DNA from: Leptolyngbyaceae cyanobacterium clean351
GTDB taxonomy: Bacteria; Cyanobacteriota; Cyanobacteriia; DAIDHW01
Direction: 5' to 3'
DNA: 64,000 nucleotides
NCBI GenBank assembly: GCA_027451865.1
Contig: DAIDHW010000007.1
Coordinates: forward strand, 18,050 to 82,049
Below are positions 38,231-46,812 of this stretch, piece after piece. The notes under the pieces are model-generated. The model searched no databases, had not been told where the DNA came from, and worked only from the letters and a program-made list of their open reading frames with translations. Position 1 is the first letter of the stretch. The number at the start of each line of letters is the position of its first letter. Made by a program: the position numbers and the translations under genes.

Positions 38231-39408
38231 GGCTCTGGTTGGAGGACCGGGGCGACCTTCTTTTTCACCACCACTGTGGTGGTACCAGGGGTGGGGTGAT
38301 ATATCACCTTTTTCACCACTACCTTAGGGGTGGGGTGATACATCACGGTCTTTACCTTTACCACTCTCTTAGTTGGTCCTACGGTAGTTTGGTGATGGAT
38401 GACGGTCTTCACAATGACCTTTTTAGTCTTTGGGGTTGGGGTCACCTCACTGAGGTCAAACTGGACAGGACCAGTGATCTTCTTGGGATTGAGGGGGTCT
38501 CCCAGAGCTGAAATGGTGTTGCCGCGGCTGGCGTTGTAGATGTCTCGCAGGGTATTATCCTGAATCAGGTTATGGCCAGGGCTTGTGGCAGTGCCCAGAT
38601 CCGGTAGGCCATTACCGATCACAATCACCCCATCCTGGGTGTTGTATTCGATGACATTATCACGCAAAGTTGGGTTTGCCTGGTCAGAAACTAGCACTCC
38701 ATCGCGGTTTTGGATGATTTTATTTTTAACAATCAGGGGGTTAGAAGTGCCCCCGACAGCAATCCCAAACCCAGTGTTTACGAAAAGGTTACCCTTAATT
38801 TCCCCCGCCGAGGCCTGAGTAATCGAAATACCATTGCCGTCGTTGTGGGTAAACAGGTTGGAGTAGATCCGCGGGTTGGCATTAGCCCCGGTGACAAAAA
38901 TCCCTTCCCGCAGATTGTGCACAAAGGTACAGTTCTCAATCAAGGGACTGGAGGACTCCACCCAGATACCAGTCCCTCGACTTTCCGGGTCAGTAACTGT
39001 CAAGCCATTGATTGTGCTGGCATTCTGGGCCAGGATCGTAATATTTTGGTCGGCAAAGGTAGGACTAATAAAGGTGCCCCCACCGGTGATTACCACGGTT
39101 TGACTGTGGTGGGGATCACCCTGCAGGACCACCCCAGGCTTGACCACTAGAGGAAATACCTCTCCTGTGGAACTGCTATAGTGGCCGGGGGCCAGCTGGA
39201 CTACAGTCCCTGGCTGGGCTTGGGAGAGGGCATAGGTGATGGTGCGGAAGGCTTGACTAGCGGTCCCCCCCGCCCCAGGACTATCTGTGCCGGACTGGGG
39301 ATTGACGTATAAAGTCTCAGGACTCTCGGCTCTGGCCAGACTTGTTCCCCCCAGGAGAACTAAACTGACGATCGGTAGTAGAAACCAACTTACACCCCGC
39401 TTAGTCAT
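38227..39408 (-). CDS. DUF1565 right-handed beta-helix surface protein with a K/V/T-rich tail
   Basis: Signal peptide, LYVNP..G.D, FRTITYAL, LAPG.YS...GEVFPL, SPTFA.QN, parallel beta-helix repeats. Confidence 0.8.
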   Translation of the reverse strand: MTKRGVSWFLLPIVSLVLLGGTSLARAESPETLYVNPQSGTDSPGAGGTASQAFRTITYALSQAQPGTVVQLAPGHYSSSTGEVFPLVVKPGVVLQGDPHHSQTVVITGGGTFISPTFADQNITILAQNASTINGLTVTDPESRGTGIWVESSSPLIENCTFVHNLREGIFVTGANANPRIYSNLFTHNDGNGISITQASAGEIKGNLFVNTGFGIAVGGTSNPLIVKNKIIQNRDGVLVSDQANPTLRDNVIEYNTQDGVIVIGNGLPDLGTATSPGHNLIQDNTLRDIYNASRGNTISALGDPLNPKKITGPVQFDLSEVTPTPKTKKVIVKTVIHHQTTVGPTKRVVKVKTVMYHPTPKVVVKKVIYHPTPGTTTVVVKKKVAPVLQPEP

Positions 39409-39484
39409 GCCTTGCCCACCGCTAAATGCTGTCTTTCTGTCAATTAGACTGCAGACTTGCCCGCCAGGTTCCTTTCCGTCTCCC

Positions 39485-40552
39485 TCAGGGGCGGCCGTAG
39501 GCGGCTAGGACCGCGGCCGTGGCTTGGGCCGTAGCCCGCCAGGTGAACTGTTTAGCCCTTGCCAAACCGGCGGCCTGGAGGCTACTGCGTAGGTCTGAAT
39601 CGTGAATAATGGCCCCCATGGCGGCGGCCCACGCTGCCGGGTCAAGGGGGTCAATTAACAAAGCCGCCTCCCCACACACCTCCCGGAGGGCCCCTATGTC
39701 CGAGGCAATTACAGGGGTACCACAGGCCATCGCCTCTAGGACCGGCAGCCCAAACCCCTCCCACAAACTGGGGAAGACCAGGGCTAGGGCTTGACCTAGC
39801 AGCTGAGGCAGATGGGCACGGGGGACGTAGTTAAGTACTTCCACCCGCTGCTGGAGGTCTAATTCCCGGATCTGCCTTTGCAGGAGGGGTAGATAGCGAC
39901 GGTCCCCGGGGCCTGCCAACCGGAGGCTATAGTCCGGGGGCAAGCTGGCAAAGGCACTGATTAACCGGTGAAGATTTTTGTAGGGGACCATCCGGCCCAG
40001 ATAGACAAAGTAGGGTTGGGGCGGCAATCCCAGGTTGTAAAACTGGTCTTGGTCGTGGGCTAGGGGGATAGGGGTAATTTTGCCCTCGGGAATCCGGTAA
40101 AACCGCTGAATGTCCTCGGCGGTCGCCTGGGAGTTACAGATCACGTGTAGGGAATGCCGCAGTACCTGGGGCACGTAGTAACGGAAGTAGGGTCCGAGGG
40201 GGGAGAACCGGGCAGGGAAGCGGACCGGGATTAGGTCATGACACATGACTACTTGCCGACAGCCCTGGAAGAGGGGGCCCTCCGGGACCGGGGAGAACAG
40301 CAGGTCGGCTCCAAGGCGCCGGTAAAGGGCCGGCAGGGAAAGTTGAGTCCACAGCAGCCGCCGGAGATGCCCCCGGGTACCCTCATCGGGACTAAGGTGC
40401 TGCGGGATAGGGTGGCAGGGAAAGTCTGGCCGGGGTCTGGCCGTGAGCAGGGTAGGAGAAAGCCCCTGCAGATGAGGCAGAATCCCCTGGATATAGTTAG
40501 TAATTCCCGTGGGCTGCTCGATGAGCACCGCCAAATTAATGATTAAACCCAC
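39485..40552 (-). CDS. GT4 family glycosyltransferase
   Basis: HDLIP, YKNL.RLI.AF, FPSLWEGFGLPVLEAMACGTPVI. Confidence 0.9.
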   Translation of the reverse strand: MGLIINLAVLIEQPTGITNYIQGILPHLQGLSPTLLTARPRPDFPCHPIPQHLSPDEGTRGHLRRLLWTQLSLPALYRRLGADLLFSPVPEGPLFQGCRQVVMCHDLIPVRFPARFSPLGPYFRYYVPQVLRHSLHVICNSQATAEDIQRFYRIPEGKITPIPLAHDQDQFYNLGLPPQPYFVYLGRMVPYKNLHRLISAFASLPPDYSLRLAGPGDRRYLPLLQRQIRELDLQQRVEVLNYVPRAHLPQLLGQALALVFPSLWEGFGLPVLEAMACGTPVIASDIGALREVCGEAALLIDPLDPAAWAAAMGAIIHDSDLRSSLQAAGLARAKQFTWRATAQATAAVLAAYGRP

Positions 40553-40576
40553 CCAAGAGTCTCCCGACAGGCTAGG

Positions 40577-41014
40577 TCAAAAGGATCGGCCATGGGTGCT
40601 TAGCTGCTCTAGCTGCTGCAGATCTGCCTGGACTTGGTCCCAGTTATGTTTGACCAGGCCCGGGAAGGGATATTGGTGCAGGATTGTATTGAGGGTGTAG
40701 CCCTGGCTGAGCAGGTTGTGTAGGGCCGCCAGGGTCAAGGGAACGTGGCGAACGTTGACATCTTGCTGGAGGCCTTGGGCTGTGGCGCTGAAGCTGCGCA
40801 CTAAGGAGCGCAGTTGCCCCTCCTGGCCTGACTCCGGGATGGTATTGCCCACTAGGTCTAATAGCCAGTTGAGGGATTTTTGAAAGGACTGGGCGTGATC
40901 ACAGGTGATGGCAAGAAGGGGTCCCACCTGGCTACCAGCCAGGGGAGGGGGAGTTGGCCTGGGGGACGCGCCCACCAGCATTAGGATCACCGCTAGGGCA
41001 CTGATCGTCGGCAT
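40577..41014 (-). CDS. Hypothetical exported helical protein
   Basis: Signal-like N-terminus; fills the intergenic space in the same orientation as its neighbours. Confidence 0.5.
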   Translation of the reverse strand: MPTISALAVILMLVGASPRPTPPPLAGSQVGPLLAITCDHAQSFQKSLNWLLDLVGNTIPESGQEGQLRSLVRSFSATAQGLQQDVNVRHVPLTLAALHNLLSQGYTLNTILHQYPFPGLVKHNWDQVQADLQQLEQLSTHGRSF

Positions 41015-41164
41015 AGAACTCCATCAAAACTAGGCCCGGGCACCATCAATCTTCTCTTAAGCTTTGCCAAGACTAGTCTCGGATCGCATGCTCGGGGATT
41101 GGTCACCTTGTCATCCTAACCCAGGACCACCGTACCCCGTAAAGGGTCACGGGAGGGGGGGTCC

Positions 41165-42481
41165 TCACCAACCCCAAGTCCAGATCTGCCGGATCAGGTG
41201 GTCCTTAAGAGCTTGCAGGAGGCTCACCTGTTCGGGCACCAGGGTCATCAAGGGGAGGAGACTCCCCGCCAACAGCAGCAGCAACAGCCACAGCAGCGGC
41301 AGTCGAGGGGCCCGGGGGAGGGAGGGGGTAGTGACCTGCAGCCATAACTCCCGGCTGACGGCGGTGTCTTTAAGGTGCACCCTCAGGCGTCGTTCGTAGG
41401 TGGAGTTAGCTTGCAGGGAGCTGGTATCCACCAGTAGTGTACAGGTGGAATTGCCCCGGATCTCCGGGTCGAGAAAGCGGATCCATTCATTACCTGGCCC
41501 GACCTCCCAGCGGCCCTCCAGGCGCACTTCTGGCACCGAGTTAACTAGGGTCAGCTCCTGAGCGAGTTTTTGGTTGAGCTTATCCGCCTTTAAACAAATC
41601 ACCACCGGTCGAGACGCCAGGTCGTACTCTTGCCCCCGGTAGACCAAGCGGCAATCGGGCACCGCCCCCACCGCCAGAGCCTGCAAAGTTTCCAGAGCTG
41701 TAGCAGCATCGGGAAATCGTTCGCTGAGTTTTGGCTTCACCATCAGTTCCAACCAGTGGATGAAGCGCTGACTGTAGCCGGACTCGCGCACCAGGGCTTG
41801 AAACTGAATTTTGTAGGGGTCTTCCGGGTCAAGTAACTCTAGGATGGACCGCCCGGTAATCAGGTTGATTAAGGTAGCTCCTAGAGCGTATAGGTCTGAA
41901 GCCTTAGTGGGTCTACTCAACTGTTCGGGGGGAATGTAACCGGGAGTCCCCTTCAAGACACTGCTGCCGCTGACCTCCCCAATCCCTAACCGCCCAAACC
42001 CAAAATCAATTAAATAAACCCGTTGCTGCCGGTCCATGAGGATATTCTCAGGTTTGATGTCTCGGTGGAGCACTGGCTGGGGCCGACTCTGGAGGTAGAC
42101 CAGAATATCTAGGACCCCCTGGGCAACCAGCTTGACCTGTTCAGGTTGCCAAACCCGGGGGACAGTTAGGTTATCGGCTTCTACATACACTTGAACCATG
42201 CAGAAGCCATCGGGAGTTTCGAAGGAGGTAATGTAGGCAGGAATACTGGGGTGCTTAAGGCCCTGCAGCAGGGCAATCTCCTGGAGGTAGGCTTCGTAGG
42301 CAGACCAGTTTTCCCCCCGGGCAAAGCAGAACTGCTTAATTACCACCCGCTGCTCAGGCTCCCCCAGGGGATGGCCCAGCCAGGTCAAGCGCCCCCCCTG
42401 GTGGTTCTGCCCTAGCAACTGGGTAACTGCATACCCCTGGGCAGTGAAGTCTGGTACAGGTAATTTGTTACCTATGACCAC
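41165..42481 (-). CDS. Hanks-type Ser/Thr protein kinase with C-terminal TM
   Basis: VVIKQ, HRDIKPEN, LIDFG, GTPGYIPPEQ, SDLYALG. Confidence 0.9.
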   Translation of the reverse strand: MVIGNKLPVPDFTAQGYAVTQLLGQNHQGGRLTWLGHPLGEPEQRVVIKQFCFARGENWSAYEAYLQEIALLQGLKHPSIPAYITSFETPDGFCMVQVYVEADNLTVPRVWQPEQVKLVAQGVLDILVYLQSRPQPVLHRDIKPENILMDRQQRVYLIDFGFGRLGIGEVSGSSVLKGTPGYIPPEQLSRPTKASDLYALGATLINLITGRSILELLDPEDPYKIQFQALVRESGYSQRFIHWLELMVKPKLSERFPDAATALETLQALAVGAVPDCRLVYRGQEYDLASRPVVICLKADKLNQKLAQELTLVNSVPEVRLEGRWEVGPGNEWIRFLDPEIRGNSTCTLLVDTSSLQANSTYERRLRVHLKDTAVSRELWLQVTTPSLPRAPRLPLLWLLLLLLAGSLLPLMTLVPEQVSLLQALKDHLIRQIWTWGW

Positions 42482-42583
42482 ATCTCCTCCAGATGAGCTG
42501 GGCTGAAAAGTGCCGGCTCAATAGTTTTTGCTTATTCAAGCCCTTAAGATAGAAAGGACAACTTAAACAACCCTTAAAAAATA

Positions 42584-42919
42584 ATGGCTGAAATTCAATT
42601 TTACCGAGGCACCCCGGAAGAAGTCATTCCCGAGGTGCGGCTGACCCGCTCCCGCACCGGCAACAGCGGCACGGCCACCTTCATCTTTAACAAACCCGAG
42701 GCGCTCAGCCAGGCTAATACCACTGATATTACTGGCATGTACCTGGTCGACAGTGAAGGGGAACTCGTATCCCGGGAGGTGAAGGCTCGCTTTATTAACG
42801 GGCAGCCGGAGGCCCTCGAGGGAACCTATATTATGAGGTCGGCTGAGGACTGGGACCGGTTTATGCGCTTTATGGAAAGATACGCCCAAGAGCATGGTCT
42901 CGACTTTAGCAAATCCTAA
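42584..42919 (+). CDS. psb28: Photosystem II assembly factor Psb28
   Basis: AEIQF.RG..EEVIPEVRLTRSR.G..GTA.F.F, WDRFMRFMERYA. Confidence 0.95.
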   Translation: MAEIQFYRGTPEEVIPEVRLTRSRTGNSGTATFIFNKPEALSQANTTDITGMYLVDSEGELVSREVKARFINGQPEALEGTYIMRSAEDWDRFMRFMERYAQEHGLDFSKS

Positions 42920-43416
42920 TGACCCCCCACCCTGACTCGCCTGGATTAAGTCTTAGCTGCGCGGTAATTACCGTCAGTGATACCCGCACCCCCGCCACCG
43001 ATACCAGTGGCCAGTGGATCCAGGACCAGCTGCGGGAGGCGGGCCATCAGGTTGACCACTACGAAATCATCCCCGACGACCCCCACCGGATCAGCCAACT
43101 CCTCAGGGGCCTCGGGGAAAGCCTGCAGGCGGTCATCTGTAGTGGAGGGACCGGTATTTCCCCCCGTGACACCACCTACGATGCCCTCACTGGACTGTTA
43201 GAGAAGCAACTACCAGGTTTCGGCGAGTTATTTCGCTGGTTGAGCTACCAGGAGGTAGGGTCCCGGGCCATAGCCTCCCGGGCTGTGGCGGGCACCTACC
43301 ACAACAAGCTCATATTCTCCTTGCCCGGCTCTTTGGGGGCAGTTAAGTTAGCCCTAGGCACCCTAATCCTGCCGGAGTTGAGGCACCTAGGGCGGCAATT
43401 GGCCGGCCTCCCCTAG
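42919..43416 (+). CDS. moaB: Molybdenum cofactor biosynthesis protein MoaB/Mog
   Basis: ITVSDTR, GGTGISPRDTT, PGFGELFR, SRAVAG, LPGS. Confidence 0.88.
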   Translation: MTPHPDSPGLSLSCAVITVSDTRTPATDTSGQWIQDQLREAGHQVDHYEIIPDDPHRISQLLRGLGESLQAVICSGGTGISPRDTTYDALTGLLEKQLPGFGELFRWLSYQEVGSRAIASRAVAGTYHNKLIFSLPGSLGAVKLALGTLILPELRHLGRQLAGLP

Positions 43417-44171
43417 GAATCCTGACCCTGCAAAATTTCCCGTAGACTCACTACTGCCCCAATCACAATAATCGCTGGGGCTTCAAACTGAGCTGAGCGC
43501 ACCTGGTCGATGATGGTTGCTAAGGTCCCTACCAATTCCCTTTGGTTAGGCATTGTCCCCCAGCCCACTAGACCAATGGGGGTGGAGGGTACCATGCCTA
43601 CCGCCTGTAACTCCTCGACGATCTGAGGCAGGTTGTGTAATCCCATGTAGATGACGATTGTTCCCCCCCCCTCGGCCAGAGACCGCCAGGGAATCTGGGG
43701 CTGATACTTCCCCTGGGACTCATGACCGGTGACAAAGGTGACTAGGGAGCTGTGCTCCCGGTGGGTGAGGGGGATACGGGCGGCCGCGGGGGCAGCAATG
43801 CCTGCTGTCACCCCAGGTACTACCTCCACTGGAATACCTGCTTGGACTAGATCGGCCATTTCTTCTCCGCCGCGGCCGAAGATGAAGGGGTCACCCCCCT
43901 TCAGGCGCACCACCAGATTCCCTGCCCGAGCCTCTTGCAGGAGAATTTTGGTGGTCTCAGTTTGGGGACGAGAGTGGTAGCCCCGCCGCTTACCCGCATC
44001 AATCAGAACGGCCTGAGGATTGGCCAAGCCTAGAATCCCCGGACTGACTAGGGCGTCGTAAACCACTACCTCGGCCCTCTCTAGGATTGCTTTACCCTTG
44101 AGGGTCAGCAGGCCCGGGTCCCCGGGTCCCGCTCCCACCAGGTATACCTTACCCCGGGTCGGGTTATTCAT
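43413..44171 (-). CDS. cobA: Uroporphyrinogen-III C-methyltransferase
   Basis: VYLVGAGPGDPGLLT, VVRLKGGDPFIFGRGGEE, PLTHR. Confidence 0.93.
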   Translation of the reverse strand: MNNPTRGKVYLVGAGPGDPGLLTLKGKAILERAEVVVYDALVSPGILGLANPQAVLIDAGKRRGYHSRPQTETTKILLQEARAGNLVVRLKGGDPFIFGRGGEEMADLVQAGIPVEVVPGVTAGIAAPAAARIPLTHREHSSLVTFVTGHESQGKYQPQIPWRSLAEGGGTIVIYMGLHNLPQIVEELQAVGMVPSTPIGLVGWGTMPNQRELVGTLATIIDQVRSAQFEAPAIIVIGAVVSLREILQGQDS

Positions 44172-44751
44172 GGGACCGGGGGGTGTAGACTACCTGCAGT
44201 AGCCACAGGGAGCAAACTAACCCCACCAAATGGGCAAGACTAGTATTGGTGTTTGCCTGAGCGACGAAAATGTCCACGGGGCGGATCAAAGAACCCTGAA
44301 CAGGGTTGAGGACCGCGCCGGCAGCCTGGGTCAGGGACTTAGCTGCTAGGGTACCCATGATCGCCTCTGCTCCGATAGTGGTAATCAGCAGCCCAGCTAT
44401 ACTGACCCCCAGGCCAATCTTAAGGTCTTGAACCACCCCCGGTCGGGGCCGGGCCGGCGAGCCACCGCTGGCCAGTTGTTTGGCAATACCTACATACCGG
44501 TAAAACCAAAATATTCCCACCCCTAGGGGAAGCAAACCTAGGCCCGCTAAAACCAGCCCAAAGCCGCTGCCCGGGGTAGCCCCCTGGTCACCTGACCCAG
44601 TTTGGGTAACCTGAGCAAACAATAAAATCGCTCCCGATACTGCCCCTAGGGCCACTTGGGTCCAAAGTCCAATCCAACCCGTGAGGCGGAAGTTTTGGAC
44701 GACCTGCTGTACAGTTAAGGGACCTGAGCGGGGGTTAAAGGGGTTGAACAT
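44164..44751 (-). CDS. DUF3611 (PIC1/Tic21-like) membrane protein
   Basis: GWIG.W.Q..LG.VS...L.FA, G.L.AK.L.Q, I...DIFV.QANTN...AH. Confidence 0.75.
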   Translation of the reverse strand: MFNPFNPRSGPLTVQQVVQNFRLTGWIGLWTQVALGAVSGAILLFAQVTQTGSGDQGATPGSGFGLVLAGLGLLPLGVGIFWFYRYVGIAKQLASGGSPARPRPGVVQDLKIGLGVSIAGLLITTIGAEAIMGTLAAKSLTQAAGAVLNPVQGSLIRPVDIFVAQANTNTSLAHLVGLVCSLWLLQVVYTPRSHE

Positions 44752-44787
44752 GGGTGAGAATGAAAATCCTATCAGATAAGCGTCAGC

Positions 44788-45945
44788 ATGAATCTTTCAA
44801 CCCAGGCCCAAGGACAGGCCGCGGTCCAATCCGGGGACTGGCCTCAGGTAGTCCAAATCCTAGAGTTTATCTTAGATGATCCGCACCCGGACTGGGAGAT
44901 GGCCCAAACTCTGGCCCTGGCCGTGCTGCAGGCGGGAGATTTTGAGCAGCGCTGGCGCCTTGAGTCCTTGTGGCCCCGGTTAGGAGCTGACTTTCAGGTC
45001 CTGCTGGGGGTGATTGGGGATGAATCTTTTCCCTGGGAAGGCCGCTGGTTTGCGGTGCGCATGTTAGCTACCTATCCCGAGGCTATCCCCTCCCTGGTTA
45101 CCCTACTGCGGAGCCCCTTAGCTGAGGCGGCTATCTTTGCCCTAGGCCAAGTGGGCAGCCGGGCTATTCCCGATCTAAGTGCCTGTATCCATCAGCCAGG
45201 GTACCGCCGGCCAGTGGTGGAGGTGCTATCCCAACTCCATGACCCCCAAGTAATTGAGGTGTTGTTGCCGGTGTCCCAGGACAGGGATCCAGGGCTGCGG
45301 GGCCTGGCCCTAAAGACCTTAGCCCAGTGGGTCGACCGGCGAGTAGTCGAGTTTCTCCTCCCCGGCCTCGAACATCCAGACTCCCAGATCCGGCGCGCGG
45401 TGGTGGTAGGGTTAGGTCGACATCGGGACCCTGCCCTGGGTGCTCCCCTGGCAAGGGCCCTAGAGGATCCAGACGTTGAGGTGGCTGCCGCTGCCGCCTT
45501 GGCCCTCGGTCGTTTGGGGTCAGAATCGGCCGTCAAGGCTCTAGCCCAACGACTTACCACAGCCCCTTTAGTAGTACAGGTACCTATTGTCCGGGCCCTG
45601 GCCTGGCTGGAGACCCCCCTAGCCCTAGATTATCTCCGTCAAGCCCTGGCCTGGGAGTCTCTGCGGCCAGAGATTGTTTCCCTCCTAGGGCGAGTGCATC
45701 AGGTCAAACCCCGAGCACGGGACATTCTCCTGGATTTGCTACAGGAAACCCTACCCGCCGCCTTGCGCCAGGAGATTGTCACATCCCTGGGCTTGCTGGG
45801 GGATAGACAAGCCGGCAGCACCCTAGAAGCTCTCCTACAGGACCCGGATTTGGGAGTGCGCATGCACGCCCAAGCAGCCCTCCGGGTACTGGACATCATC
45901 ACAACTAGCCCCACAGAGCAATCCGTAATCCCCTCGGAGGTGTGA
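44788..45945 (+). CDS. HEAT-repeat (PBS lyase-like) protein
   Basis: Repeated L...L.D.D..VR..AA.ALG units. Confidence 0.8.
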   Translation: MNLSTQAQGQAAVQSGDWPQVVQILEFILDDPHPDWEMAQTLALAVLQAGDFEQRWRLESLWPRLGADFQVLLGVIGDESFPWEGRWFAVRMLATYPEAIPSLVTLLRSPLAEAAIFALGQVGSRAIPDLSACIHQPGYRRPVVEVLSQLHDPQVIEVLLPVSQDRDPGLRGLALKTLAQWVDRRVVEFLLPGLEHPDSQIRRAVVVGLGRHRDPALGAPLARALEDPDVEVAAAAALALGRLGSESAVKALAQRLTTAPLVVQVPIVRALAWLETPLALDYLRQALAWESLRPEIVSLLGRVHQVKPRARDILLDLLQETLPAALRQEIVTSLGLLGDRQAGSTLEALLQDPDLGVRMHAQAALRVLDIITTSPTEQSVIPSEV

Positions 45946-46049
45946 TGGTCGCCATTACACCAGTAAGGCACTGATAGACGCTGGACTCAGGAGTGTTAAA
46001 TTTAGTCACAAACCCCCATATTTCGGCGAAGGAGGGCGTCAAGCGGAAG

Positions 46050-46650
46050 ACCGTAGTTCCAGTGGACGATCAATCGTTGGCCGTAAAATGCCGAATTTCC
46101 AGCAACTGCGCTATCAAATAAATAATTAATACTGCATAGATTTGGGCTGCACTCAGTTGAGAAATTCCCAGCTTATAAAGCCTCAATCCATTACCCTAAG
46201 ACTATTCTGAAAATCGTACTATTCAGGGTCTCAGCCAAGTAAGAATTGTGTCCTTGCGCAAAATGAATCAGAACTCCGTTGGATTTCCCTGGGTTAAGTT
46301 GAGACTGTTGAGTCATTTAAGCTGGTGATAATCCCACTTCCCAAAGAACTTGCTTGTTAGGCTAATTACCACAGAATCAATTGAAATCAGCATCCGAGCA
46401 GCAGGATATTGCCACTTCAATTGCTTAATTAGTTTCTATGTAAATCCGGGGGACAACGCCGCCTTTACCAAGCTTTACAAACTTGAGGAAAGATCGAGAT
46501 ATCAATAGAGCCATCATGCCCATCAAACTCCTATTAAACCCAAAGGTCAACCAGATTTGCAAAAACAAGTGTGCGCTCAAAACTGGGTGTTTATTCAGTG
46601 ACAGCTGCTTCAGGGGAAATTTGACAACGTTCAAGAACAACAGTGACATT
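46050..46650 (-). mobile_element. Decayed IS4-family transposase remnant
   Basis: AT-rich. Minus-strand fragments VVKFPLKQL...HPVL..HLFLQIWL, ISIDSVVISLTSK...YHQLK*LNSLNL and QIYAVLIIYLIAQLL resemble the N-terminus, first-Asp region and C-terminus of cyanobacterial IS4-type transposases; stops, frameshifts and a large internal deletion. Confidence 0.7.
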
Positions 46651-46812
46651 AGACATCATCACTCGATCGCTAGAGAGTGGAGTACTCTAGTTTCTTTCTG
46701 GCTTAAGTTTTCTTGCCACAATCAGGATAACGCGCCGAATGGTGGCTTCACAATGGTGCTGTTGACCGGCATTAACTCTGATCAATTTCCGCCTGACTGC
46801 CTGAGACTACTC

